Positions 11,462 to 24,207 are shown, counted from the stretch's first letter. The stretch: 64,000 bases of DNA from Octopus sinensis (GCF_006345805.1 NC_043005.1:7068001-7132000), one strand, 5' to 3'. Translations and numbers: made by a program. The notes: generated by a model from the letters alone, not told the origin.

Positions 11462-12499
11462 TACTTTCTACATTAAGTCCACATTTCCTTAGACAAATAA
11501 CCTAAACACCCAAATTTGAGGATCATTAATTATACAAAGTGACATTTTTATCAACAATCCATCCATTCTCTAAACACGTTTCAAAATCACATTTAATTTT
11601 TGCCAAAATTCAATATGAAATTCATAAAAAAGACATTTCAGTATATAACAGTTTATTTATTATGTGTATGTAAAATATATATGTACATTTCCCTAAAGTG
11701 ACATATAGATACCTCAAGGTAAGCATACACACGTGTTTGCACAAAAATTATACTTATCACTTATATATTAACATGTACACACACACACCTTTGGTGACGT
11801 AATCAAATATTACAATTAAAAATTCCCATTTTATTATAAATGTTCATTATATATGAATTATCTCTCTCATAAATGTATATATGTATGTGTGAGTGCATGT
11901 GTTATCATTTACCTTTGTTTTTTTGTATACTTTTCTACAAGTTTGATTGTTTATGAATGATAACTAGATTTGGAATTAAGATAAAGCAGATTGTGCACAC
12001 ACACACATATATACATATACATACATATGAATATATATATATATATTCATATACATGTACGTACACACACACACATAAATATGTATGGGAATCAGTTTTT
12101 CTTTCAAGCATGTCACAGTGAAGATGCAATTGTGTTTAAATAAAATCTTTTTATTAATAATTTTGCATATTTCCTTATTAGTCCTTGATGTTTGGCTTGT
12201 TTTCGGGTGTATAAATGATAGGGAGGAAAAAAACACACACACACAATAGATGTAAATTTTTTTAGTCGTGTGTGAGTGTGTGTGTGTGTGTGTGTGTGTT
12301 TGTGTGTATGTATTTTCGTTTGTTTGTTACATAAAACGGAAAGAAAGTAAAACTTTGAAAATATTTAATAGCAAAAAGTCTAACATTATTTCAGTTATTA
12401 AAAATTGCTGTCTAATGCTGATTAACAGTTTGAGAGGACATTTTATAAACACCATTATCCCACCATTGCATATCAGGCATAATATACATGGCTGTGTAC

Positions 12500-14376
12500 A
12501 TGTGTGTTCCACCACAAAATTTTATTGGTCTTTTTTTCTTCTTGCATAATTACAAATTTTTCACACACCATACATATAATAACAATGACAAGTATGAAAT
12601 ATTAAATACTATTCAATTTTGGGAACTATATTGTTTTATGTATACATGTATATGAGTGTATGCACATGCTTGCATATAAATTCCAACTAATAAGTAAAAC
12701 AATACATGAATTAATGAGCTTTAAAAAAGACAGTGTTTTAAATGAAATTAATGTAAATCTGTTATATAAATTAACAGAAAAAATTGATAGTGAAAGAACT
12801 AAAATGGAAGAAAACCTGCCCTTAAATAATAGCAACACATACAAAGATATTTACCTTTAATGCTTAAGATTACAGATTACAAATATACATCAATATAAAT
12901 ACATTTCAAAAAGGCCCATGTTCCGCCTTTTTCAATATCATTTACTTTTTACATCTATTCTTCATCCAAATATTCAATTATTCTTTTCTAGGATGAACTA
13001 ATTGAAAACATAGAAATAACAGTGTTTCCATTCTTCTATACAGTTGCATTCATTAGAAAATAGTCCTTTATACATGTCACTTAATCCAAGTACATATGTT
13101 GTGCATAATTACATTAAGCAAGCATCTCCAGAACATGTATTTAAACATATGAATACTTATGTATAGGTGTTATACTTGCAAAAGATTGTATGTAAATAGA
13201 GAAGTACAAAAAAAAATAAAAAAAAAAAAACAACTTTAGATCTCAGATCTCGGAGAATCAGGCAACGATTGCACTTGGTCAGTCTCAAATTGATTCTGAT
13301 TTAATTTAGTTTTCTAACCTCATTGAGGCATTAAAATTAATAATGCATAACTCTAGTCCATGAATTTTGTAGAAAATATAAACATAAACGTTATGTTACA
13401 AACAGAGATTTGTAAAAGTACACGAACACATACTCACTCACATACATACATCACTATACATAAATAAAAATTTGGGGATTGTATTCAAATCTAGTTTACA
13501 TGAAATACTATATTCTCAAGATAAAAGAAAATCGCTGGAACAAAACACAGTGCAAAATCATATACATTATAGTTAAGAAACTATTATAATGTAACAAGAA
13601 ATAATCTTTGAATCTTACTTTATAGACCTCTGGGTATTCCTTATAGAATTTAATTAAGGATAAATTAAATAATAATAATTTGGGGGAAAAGGTTCTTTAA
13701 TAAGAAACTTTAAAAATACTTTAAAATGCTTTGTAATGATGTATATTTTCTGCAAATATGCAATTGAAATAGCAGCAGTATAAAATAAAGTGGTTTGACA
13801 GTGTATAAGCAGGCTCATTCAGGTTTCAAATGAATAGTTCACTGCAACACACTGAATAACTTCCTTAAGATAGGCTTTATTTATATATTAGATGTAGATG
13901 ATTTTGAAAATGTGTAGAACTAATTAACAGATAGAATTAGAAATTACACAATTTTACAGATGTTTTGGATTAACTTCAAATGATTTTCTGAGTAAAAAAT
14001 AAGATAAATAAGGTTGAAAATATGCATTTCCTCAAGTTAAATGTATTTAAAATTTGAAGCAGCAGCTTTCTAATATACTGAAAGAGAAATTACATCCCTT
14101 TTCAAAATTGCTATTATTTAAATGCAAAAAGATAACAATAAAATCTTTTGTTTAATATATAAAACTCTAAATGGAAAATTTCATATGAAATTTCTATTCT
14201 TTCACTAATTAAAACAACTTAGAGCTTAATTAAATCAATGCCCCAATGTGAATAAATAAAACGATAAATGGATAAAGAAAAAAGAAAAATCATAGGTTGA
14301 TCATTTGAGAAAGAGTGAGATCTATTCATAATGCTAACAGATATATGGTAGATGAACAATGAGGAAAACCATGCTG
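12500..14376 (-). other. probable 3' UTR of dve
   Basis: About 2 kb after the stop codon with no recognisable TE or long microsatellite. Candidate AATAAA on the minus strand at 13876-13881 and 12521-12526, the latter followed by TTTTGTGGTGG. The true end is unknown. Confidence 0.4.
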
Positions 14377-16086
14377 TCAACCTAGCTCTGAAACTTCTGT
14401 AAGTTCTAATGAATTGTCATGACATACTCCTGATGGTTTGTCACCAAAATCCAAACGTATTCGTTTAATTTTTGCACGATGGTTCTTGAACCATAATTGA
14501 ACATTTTTAGATTCAAGCTTAGGGAATTTTTGTCGATATTCAGATTGATTAAGTTCTTCACAATACTTATCTATCATATATGCTGATGGATGAGTCTCTT
14601 CTGCAAACCACTTTTCGAGTTTAGGGATCTCTGAAAGGGGGTCAATGAAAACACGAGTACGTCTCTTTTTCTCCAAACTGTGACTGTGTGATTTCAAGTG
14701 TGATTTTTCTTGAAGCTGGGAATAATACTGAGAATTATAAGGGAGATAATGTAATGGAAGGCCATGAGGCATGTGCCCAGGTATCTGGAGAGATTGTGTC
14801 ATTCCACTACCGGATAGTGATTTTAAATTCACACTGTCAGCTGATTTACTGTCATCAATTTCTTGTTTGACAACAATGTTAAACTGATCTACATCCTGAC
14901 TAGACATAGAGTTGATATCCAAAGACCGATTGTCATCAATAGACGAATCAACATCATCACAGTCCATTTCTTCGTCCTTGAATTTTTTATGATTATGATT
15001 AATTCCTTCTTCTTCCTCTTTAGAACTAATTGTGTGGTTAAATGGAAGATCTTCTTTTGCATTTGAATGACTGAATGCAGAATTTTCTTTTGAGCTAGTG
15101 CTTTCCAAACTATCACGAAATCTTGAGTTGTTAAAAGTATTTTCCTCTTTGGAAACAAGGCTTTCTACACTATCTCTTTGCGAGGCAAGATTTAGACCGC
15201 TTTCACCTGATGATAAATATGGTTTACCTTTGTCTAGTTTTTCCCTCATGTTCTCTTCAGATGAAGTTCGAGGGAGCGGAAGTGGTGAAGAAGCATCAGG
15301 TGTTTTCATGGGATCACTCTTTTTTTGACTGACGTCCATTGGTTTTCCATCCTCCTGATGATGACTAGTAGTTGTCATATCCATTGCATTACCACAATCC
15401 TTGGCATATGTTGAATGCAACGGGTGAGGCACAATGTAAATTGCATTGCGATTTGGAAGATAAGGAAGAGAATCTGCATTACCATATGTTTCCCCATTAG
15501 CATTTTCTTCTCCTTCTAAACTGTCTTCAATGTTTTTACTAGCACGGCGCAAAGCAGCTCGAGCATTTTTAAACCAATAAATTATATTAGTTAAGTCCAA
15601 TTGCTTGCGCCCTTTTCTTGATTCTAAAGAGTTTAATTCATTTAAATAATGGACCATTTGTTCTCGTGTTGGATGCTGGTTCTGTTGAAACCATCGTTGC
15701 AATCTAGGTATTTCATGTTCAGGATCAAATGAAGTTCGCATACGAGTTCGTCCATGTGATAGGGCATAAGGAGGGGATTGAGCTGGAGAAGGTGTAGTGG
15801 TTGTACTGTAAGTGGTAACAGTGGTTGTAATAGGGACTGAATTGCTTGGGGGAGATACACACTGGGAAGTTTTCAATACAGAATTTTGAGTCAATGTAGA
15901 AAGATGTGATCCATAATTATCAATTAAAGTAGAACTGACTGAAACTGTTGCTGAAATCTTTTGCAGTTGATTTTGTCTTATAACAGATTTACGTAGTTGG
16001 TCCTTGTACCAGTTATTAAATGCTTGTCGTCTTTCTTCAGATATCATAGCAAGTTTTTCTCCTTTGGAAATGGAAAGTAAAAAGTT
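14377..16086 (-). CDS. dve: dve terminal coding exon: CUTL C-half, Ser/Thr-rich linker, homeodomain 1 (about 15541-15750), acidic/Ser linker, homeodomain 2 (about 14455-14661), stop
   Basis: Acceptor ttttcttttgcag| at 16088-87, phase 0; the 'MQ' at the start of the tracked ORF is intronic TTG-CAG. 569 sense codons plus stop. HD1 RTRMRTSFDPEHEIPRLQRWF...IIYWFKNARAA and HD2 RTRVFIDPLSEIPKLEKWF...VQLWFKNHRAK are the Dve-type extended homeodomains with WFKN (K50). Confidence 0.96.
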   Translation of the reverse strand, partial: NFLLSISKGEKLAMISEERRQAFNNWYKDQLRKSVIRQNQLQKISATVSVSSTLIDNYGSHLSTLTQNSVLKTSQCVSPPSNSVPITTTVTTYSTTTTPSPAQSPPYALSHGRTRMRTSFDPEHEIPRLQRWFQQNQHPTREQMVHYLNELNSLESRKGRKQLDLTNIIYWFKNARAALRRASKNIEDSLEGEENANGETYGNADSLPYLPNRNAIYIVPHPLHSTYAKDCGNAMDMTTTSHHQEDGKPMDVSQKKSDPMKTPDASSPLPLPRTSSEENMREKLDKGKPYLSSGESGLNLASQRDSVESLVSKEENTFNNSRFRDSLESTSSKENSAFSHSNAKEDLPFNHTISSKEEEEGINHNHKKFKDEEMDCDDVDSSIDDNRSLDINSMSSQDVDQFNIVVKQEIDDSKSADSVNLKSLSGSGMTQSLQIPGHMPHGLPLHYLPYNSQYYSQLQEKSHLKSHSHSLEKKRRTRVFIDPLSEIPKLEKWFAEETHPSAYMIDKYCEELNQSEYRQKFPKLESKNVQLWFKNHRAKIKRIRLDFGDKPSGVCHDNSLELTEVSELG

Positions 16087-17746
16087 CTGCAAAAGAAAAT
16101 AAAAAATAAAATTAATGAAATTAAAATGAGCAATTTAAAGTGCATATATATATATATATATAATTTTCTTTAACGTATTCAAATACAAAAAAAATCTAAA
16201 CATTAGATTAAAATATACGAAGTTTATATAGATCATTATGAATTTTAAAAAATGGATATACATAATTAAGCAGAGATAATTTGTAAGCTTACAACACTGC
16301 ATAGAATTAATTCAAATTTGTCAACTTCATAAAACAGAAAGAAAAAAAAAAACGTCTATCCATTTTTTTTCAAAAATATGATAAAATGTATTAAGAACAT
16401 TGACTATTTTTATTTGTTTGTAATTTTTCTCTTTAGATTTCTGCCTTCTTATTCAATAAATTTACTATATGTGAGAAAGTTGTCTCATAATCAGCTGTAA
16501 CATATTAAATAAATTCTTTTTTTAAATATCTTTGCTTATATAATCATGATTGTAAAGGTAATTTCAATTTCTGCTTTAGAAATATTTCAGACAATTATTT
16601 TCATATCATTTCTATAATATCCCATAAACAGAAGGTGAGGTAGCAGATTTATAGATTACTTTGATTAGCTCTTAGATGATACACCAGATATTTGATCTTA
16701 TATGAATAAAAAAAAAAAAAAGAGAGAGAGAGAGAAAGAAAACTAAAGTGAACAATCAGTACTGAATATATTTAGATAACTATAGAATAAATAATCAAGA
16801 ATCAAAATGGAAAGAACTATCATCTGCATTACTATTGCTACCATGACTGATTAAAATCAGTTTAACCAGGTTATTTAGAAAACTCAGTCATAAATTTTTT
16901 TAGTCTACTTCTCATTATGCAAAAGTATTATTATTATTATTATTATTATACTTAACTTTTATAAAAGTGAAAAAAGTCAAATGAAAGAAATTAGCTTTGA
17001 AAGTAGACTCAAAATAAAACAATAACACATCTTGTATTTTAGAATAAGAATACAATATTTTTGTTGAAAAAATATTTGAAAACAATATTATAACTCTTTC
17101 TTATAAACCAAAATCTGGCAGTAGTAGTAGATTTCATTGTTCTTGTTTTCTTATTGTCACATTTCCATCTCTATTGCTGCTAGCAAGATCCTATTACAGG
17201 AGTGAAAATGTAGAAATACAACAAAACATAAGCTACATATAAAACCATTTTCTAAGTTGAAAAGCTAAGCTGGCAGCATTAATAAGCCTGAAGGTGGGGT
17301 GCACTATCTTCTTATTTTCTTAATACAGCGTATGCAACTAAAAGGTAAGTGACAAAATTCTGTGACAAGCGATTTGAAGAGAGCTTATTTAGGCTTAGAG
17401 AATTGTTTGCATGATAAGAAGAATTTCAAAATTCCATATCAAAATTCCGTGAAGATTTTCTCACTTTTGAACTTGGAACAAATCAGCGTGAAGGAGCAGT
17501 GAGCAGATTTCCATTGAAATCTCTATTAAACAACAGCTAAACACTGGCATTGTTTACATCATGTATACAAAGACAATTTCTAAAAAAATCCCGAGTAAAA
17601 ATATCAAAGAAAAGAAATATAGGAAGCCTACCAACAACTGAAAATTATCTATTCATTCAATACTATACAAAAATATTTTGTAAACATTAAAAGACAACAG
17701 ACAGGAAGATTGAATTGGGGGAAATAAAAAAAAAAGATATGCCCTA

Positions 17747-18098
17747 ATCATCATCATCATCATCATTTTTATGTCCACTTTTCTGTGGCTGGATTCTCTT
17801 TGTTTCCAAGCAAAGTCATATTTCCTCATGGTCTGACATGTTCTCACAAGATATTGAAGATGAATGACATTGCTTGTGTCATTAGTTAAGAAGACACAAA
17901 CATACACACACACACACACATTGTTTGTGTGTGTGTGTGAGTGCCCAAGTATGTATGCATGTGTTTGTGTATGACAGGCTTCTTTTCAGTTTCCATCAAT
18001 GAAATTCACTCATAAGGCTACAGTAGAAGAAACTTACCCAAGGTGGTATGATGTGGAACTGAACCCAGAACAATGTGGTTGAGAAGTAAACTCCTTAG
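17747..18098 (-). mobile_element. chimeric SINE: family-A head + microsatellite + alternative body (B2) + (GAT)n tail
   Basis: Minus strand: head (caaccacattgttctgggttcagttcc...gaaactgaaaagaagcctgtc), then (CA/TG)n, then a body matching 4770-5010 (catgtc.g.ccatg.ggaaatat...cttg..tg.aaac), ending gaaaagtggacataaaaatgatgatgat. Confidence 0.7.
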
Positions 18099-19048
18099 CA
18101 CTCATCTAATAACTAATGTTATCATCTAATAACCAATGTTATCAGTTCAAATCCTAATTTGGTCAACATTACTTTATATCCTTCTAACCCTCATTAAATT
18201 GAATAAAACAACATGTTTAAAGATATGTCTAAATATTTTATTGCATATAGTATATTATAGTAATTATTCTGTTGTGTCTGGGGAGAGTAATTTTCTTATT
18301 GTGCCTAATAAAAATATTATATATTTCCAAAATATTATATTATATATTTCCAAAAACAAAATATAGTAATTATTATTTTAAGACAAATATTATGAGCATT
18401 CTGCTATAAGCCTTAGAGTGAGAACTGATAAGGAACAGAAAATGTTTAAAAAGGAACTAATCTTGCTGCAAATTATCACCATTTGTTATAAATGAATTAA
18501 ATGACTTATGATACCAATTTAGTTGTTTTCATACTTAAAAAGAAATGAGTCAGAAAAAACTATTTGAACTTGCATTATATTAAGAATGATAATTAAATCA
18601 ATTACTTGTCAAATTGTTTTGAACATGTTTACAGCAAAAAAGATGAGATTCTATTAAATCTTTACCAATAAGTTTCATTGGTTTTGTAGACAATTATAAT
18701 TTGAAATCTTTCAGGTTATGATTAGTTTAATATCTTTAAAAAAAGGTCGAGATAGTTGTTATTTTAAAAATGGAAATTTCAAGATAACTTACTTCTCTGA
18801 GTGGAACAAGGTTTAACAATTTTAAGGAAGGGAAGGTGTAGCTCACTGAATCAGCTTTGGTGCTTATTTTATTGCCAGTAAGAGGAATAAAACACAAAAT
18901 TGACGCCAATGGTATTTGAACTCTGCATGTACAGAGATGACTCTAGACACTGTATGACACTTTTTACCCACCTTTTATTACTCTTTTCAAAATAATAATA
19001 AAAATAATACCAATAATAATGTGAACCAAAAAAACACCCACATATTTT

Positions 19049-19217
19049 AAAAGCACCCACTACACTCGCGGAGTGGTTGGCGTTAGGAAGGGCATCCAGC
19101 TGTAGAAACACTGCCAGATCAGACTGGAGCCTGGTGCAGCCCCTGGCTTCCCAGACCCCAGTCGAACCGTCCAACCCGTGCTAGCGCGGAAAACAGACGT
19201 TAAACGATGATGATGAT
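19049..19217 (+). mobile_element. SINE family B, 3' terminal part
   Basis: gcacccactacactc...ggcgttaggaagggcatccagctgtagaaac...cgttaaacgatgatgatgat. Confidence 0.88.
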
Positions 19218-19706
19218 TTTAAAAGAGTTATTAAAAGAATAGTAGTTGATCAAATCAATTCCAAGATTCAACTGCTGCTTCTTTCATTGATTCTGGAAGG
19301 ATGAAATCTATAACTGGCCCCAGTGAGATTTCAGATCAATGCACAGAGGCACTGCAGAGATTTCTGCTGGGTTTTTTTTTTTTTGCACCCTACTTACTTA
19401 ATGTTTTAAAATAACGTTTGTTTCTGAATTAAACATAAGACCAACAACTTTTGAGAGGAGGGAGTTAGCTGATACCATCAACTCCATTGCTTGACTGGTA
19501 CTTTAATGTTATTGACCAGCTAACCCTCAGCAGGATTTAATCTAGAAATATGTCAGGGAATTTTGTCTGACACTGGCAACAAATATAAACATATAAGTAT
19601 ATAAGCAAGGACAAAGGAGTTGGGTAAATAAAGACATAACAGAAAATACATAATCTAAAAGTATACACACACACAACATGTATATATATATATATATATA
19701 TACACT

Positions 19707-19937
19707 AAGGCGGCGAGCTGGCAGAAACGTTAGCGCACCGGGCGAAATGCTTAGCGGTATTTCGTCTGTCGTTACGTTCTGAGTTCAAATTCCGCTGAGG
19801 TCGACTTTGCCTTTCATCCTTTCGGGGTCAATAAATAAAGTACCAGTTTCGCACTGGGGTCGATGTAATCGACTTAATCCCTTTGTCTGTCCTTGTTTGT
19901 CCTCTCTATGTTTAGCCCTTTGTGGGTAGTAAAGAAA
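19707..19937 (+). mobile_element. tRNA-derived SINE family C
   Basis: A-box agctggcagaa, B-box gagttcaaattcc, central ctttcatcctttcggggtcaataaataaagtaccag...ggggtcgat; a diverged relative lies at 47715-47940. Confidence 0.85.
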
Positions 19938-20595
19938 TATATATATATATATACACAGGTATATCTATATACATGAGCATATACCAGCACAGAATAGCTG
20001 TCAAAGAGGTTTGTTTCGCAACCACATAATACCAGGTTCAATTCCAGTGCACAGAACCTCATATTGAGGTTCACAGCCTTGAGTTGACCAATATCTTATA
20101 AATGAAATACAGTATATGGGAACAAATAGATTTGTATTTATGGGAAACAGTTTTTCTCTTTTACATTTTATAGAAAACAACTATGTTCCAGTATTATCTT
20201 TTTCATATTTCTGTACATGTTTCTGCAGGTTGTTAGGAATAATAATATTTCTCGATTCATAATCAAGGTTTCTGAACCTTCGCAGTTTCATCATCAGGAT
20301 AAAAAATATATTTAGCTTCTGTATAGGTTTTTTTAATAGCAGTCACATTTATGTATGCTTTACCACCAAAGAGATTTTTGCCATTAGGCTTGCACATCAG
20401 TGGTCATGTATTAAATTGTTTTATAGTTGTCATATACACATACAGCAAAATCACAATTTTGTTGATGATTTCAAAATATAATAAGCAACTTGCACCCATC
20501 ATTCTCCAATTTAATGTTTTTCTATAAAACAAATATCAAGTAGTCACCTACACAGAGTCATGAGTGATTTGACATTCTAGCATATTAGTAGTACT

Positions 20596-20970
20596 AGTGG
20601 AGGCGCAATGGCCCAGTGGTTAGGGCAGCGGACTCACGGTTTCGATTCCCAGACCGGGCGTTATGAGTGTTTATTGAGCGAAAACACCTAAAGCTCCACA
20701 AGTCTCCGGCAGGGGATGGTGGTGATCCCTGCTGTACTCTTTCACCACAACTTTCTCTCACTCTTACTTCCTGTTTCTGTTGTACCTGTATTTCAAAGGG
20801 CCGGCCTTATCACTCTCTGTGTCACGCTGAATATCCCTGAGAACTACGTTAAGGGTACACGTCTCTGTGGAGTGCTCAGCCACTTACACGTTAATTTCAC
20901 GAGCAGGCTGTTCCGTTGATTCGGATCAACCGGAACCTTCGTCGTCGTAACTGACGGAGTGCTTCCATCC
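20596..20970 (+). mobile_element. tRNA-derived SINE family F with 12-bp target-site duplication
   Basis: A-box tggcccagtgg and B-box ggtttcgattccc. Flanked by identical attagtagtact at 20584-20595 and 20971-20982; CpG-rich, so probably young. Confidence 0.88.
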
Positions 20971-21239
20971 ATTAGTAGTACTTGCTTAACAAAGCGATAT
21001 AGAATGAGAATTTTCGCCTGACTTTTTATTATTTGTGTCTTCTTTATAAAATAAATGTCAGCAATTTTAAATATACAATAAAATGTGATTTTATTAAAAA
21101 TCAAATATTTTCTTGCTTGGAAACAAGTGAGACTTGGTGCTAGTAAGAACATTCCCTCATAGAATATCTGCCTCAGGGAATTTTGTTTGATCCATGCAAG
21201 CATGGAAAAGCAGATGTCAAAACAATGTAGATAACGGAA

Positions 21240-21950
21240 GAAAAAAAATGGAGATAAAAACCACTCCATAGTCAGTATTCCACAGGACTTGATAAAAAGG
21301 AAATATGCTAGAGAGAAAGCCAACAATGGCTCAAGCACTTAAAAGCTAAAAACAGAAGCATGTATGATTTCAGCTGCATAGGACCAATCCCTGGCCATAA
21401 ATACGATGCTAATTAATATCAAGTACAGAGTATGGAAGTATTACTGTCAGATGGTTGACCACATAATGCCTGGTTGATCTGTCATCACCAAGTTCAAATA
21501 TAGTTACCACCATGATCAAGTCAGAAACTATGTCCATTGGGCAATAAAATGACTTGGATGGGAAAGCAGATAAAAAAATGTTTTAAACATGTATCAGACA
21601 CAGAATGTGGACAAAATAATTTGGGACATGCCTGTACAGGCCAAGAAAGAGATCTAAGCAACCCTTCCAGATATAATTGGTAAGAAATGGAATGAAAACG
21701 TTAATGTGATGGACATCTGGACCCCTTCTGACCAGAATATTAACAAAAAGAAGGTGGAGAAAATGTTAAAGATATTGAAATTGAAGAAGGATGGGAAGCA
21801 CGAAAAAGGGAACTAGTATTGATAATAATTGGAGAACTAGGTATAGTAAGACAGGTAATGAACAAAGTTATACAAATCATAGTAAAGATCACAAAATTAC
21901 ACACGGTCCAAAAGAGAACCCGAAGTCCCAAGCACGGGCTCCACCCATTA
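21240..21950 (+). mobile_element. decayed RLE-type (R4/Dong/NeSL-like) non-LTR retrotransposon: zinc knuckle plus endonuclease
   Basis: Successive motifs across frameshifts: KPLHSQY, QQWL, TEACMISAA*DQSL, VDHIMPG*SVITKFKYSYHHDQVRNYVHW, KIIWDMPVQAKKEI*ATLPDII...MDIWTPSDQNINKKKVEK and IIIGELG. Confidence 0.85.
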
Positions 21951-22446
21951 CAAGATACTTGCAATTCAATAGCACAACACAAACATTATGCCCTCTTCAC
22001 ACAACACATACCCTATACAATAACCATCCAGTAAAATAACAGAGCTCACACAACATAGGCTCAAAAGAATTACCACCAAACAATATAACACAACACATAT
22101 TCTAAAGGATCATCACCCAATAATATAACACGTATTCTTATAGAATCAATATCCAATACTGTAGCACCAGCAGCTCCTATAACTCCCGTTCTGTACAAGA
22201 TGTTAAATAAGACAACCCACAGAGCGTATAAAACACAAACATTATCCAACCAAATAACACAACTTGCATTACACATCTACATCACAGTCGAAATACTAAA
22301 ATAGCACCAGAAACAACGAACCGAATTCAAACAATGTTAATTGATGTAGTATCCAAACACAATTCTACATTCTAAAAAGACAATGCTGTATACACCTCAG
22401 GAATAGAGAGGTGCACCTGGTGGTGGTGATAGAGTAGAAACTCATA

Positions 22447-22507
22447 TAAAACTGTTGAAGAAATAATAATGATAATAATAATAATAATGATAATAATAAT
22501 AATAATA

Positions 22508-22553
<46 letters not shown>

Positions 22554-22642
22554 AAGAAGAAGAAGCAGCATTCAGGTATAGGAGAAAAATAATTTTTATT
22601 TCAGTAGTAGCAGTAGTAGTAGTAGTAGCAGCAGCAGCAGCA
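22447..22642. repeat. compound trinucleotide microsatellite (TAA)n-(GAA)n ... (GTA)n-(GCA)n
   Basis: Visible directly; it is the source of the poly-Leu/Ile ORF 22365-22571. Confidence 0.95.
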
Positions 22643-24207
22643 GTTTGTTTGTATTTAGTAATAGAAAACAGTGGTGTTTGTAGCAGTTGTCATATTGAAT
22701 GAAATCAAATCAATGTATGCAATTTGTTTCATTCAAGTTTGGTATCTTTAACAAGAACACTGAATGAGCTCATTAAAGGTTTACCTATCTTTCAGCATAT
22801 CCCATGTTATGTTGTGAAGAGGAAAAACAAAAGTCAGATTTTTTTTTTATTTTTATTATTTGCAGAGAAATAAGTCTATTGTTACTCAAGAAAAGCTTAG
22901 AAGGAAAATAACAAATAAAGAAAGGGTATTCTTTTGCAATCAGGGAACTAAAGATGTTAAGAATGGGATGTGTTGATTAGGAAGCATAGCTAATATAGGT
23001 CAATGGAAAAGTGGGTGCAGCACTTGGCAATTGAAAGGAATATAAAACTAAACTGCTTAATTAGCACTCAAGAAGAGGAAAGAGTGAGTTGAAAGTCAGT
23101 TTTGTAATTTGCTTTTATTCAGAGATATAATTGCTATAAAAATAAATATTTTGAAACCCAAAACATATAAAACAAAGTAAACTACTTTCCTTATAAGAAA
23201 AAGAAATAGATACTGAGTCTTAAACATAATTAAAATAGGAATGGCAAATATATATTTTTTAAAATTTTTATTTAAAAACTGATAATTATAAGAAAATCTA
23301 ATTTAAAAATTTTTTCTTTCTTTTAAAATCTATTTTCATGCTTATATCTAATAAAAGGAATCATTACCTTCTCAAGAGCAAAAATTCAAATAAAATCTAC
23401 ACTATACAATATTTTCATCATAAAATAGGAAGTTTAGTGCAGATCATATTTTTTGGCCAAATATGTGTGGATAAACAACTACACTAAATATTTTCCTTGT
23501 TAAATTAAACATATAAATATTAATATTTTACTAGTCTGTGACAGAGCCCCACCCCCAGCAAACAGAATTACATTAGGTCATCATGAAGTTAATTACTTTC
23601 AATTGGTTCTTTTCACTGGCAGAGTGAGAAAAGGAGTGGTTAATTAACAAAGCAAAAGTTTTAGTTTTCCTTGCAAATTCCTATAAAGTAAAAATTTAAC
23701 AACTAGTGAATATGATCAAGAATATAAACAAAAGTTACGACAAGATCTTTGGTTATTCATAGTCCTTGCTCAAATTTTATACCCACTGATTACCTAAACG
23801 ACAAAAGAAAAATATCAGACAAAGTTCAACAATTACAATACCTTCTAAAACTGTCCTAAGAGTATTATATCTTTCACTCAACCTAGACAAGCATAAAAAA
23901 GCATATACACGCGAAAACAGTTGCAGCATCTATAACCTCTTTAGTCCTATGTTGTGACAAAGGCATTCAATACTTTCATATGAATAGCAGTTATTGCATT
24001 CTAAGTTCATCTAGTCCACTTCCTCAATGGTAAACCACCAAAATCTATAAGTGTAAAGAAATACAATTGGACAATAGAGAGACTCACTGTACATACTACC
24101 ACACCACTGCCCATACAAACACTGAACATGTGCAGTATGTTCCTCAGTTAAGAGGATGAATAACTTATCTAGAAAACACATCAACAGGTTACATCTTATC
24201 AGTTGAA

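Larger units (their letters stand above)
9872..12010. repeat. direct tandem duplication of an approximately 1.09-kb unit (2 copies)
   Basis: Offset 1091 nt at the start and 1086 nt at the end. I see three substitutions plus microsatellite-length and 1-nt indels between the copies. Junctions lie in (TA/CA)n. Confidence 0.95.
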
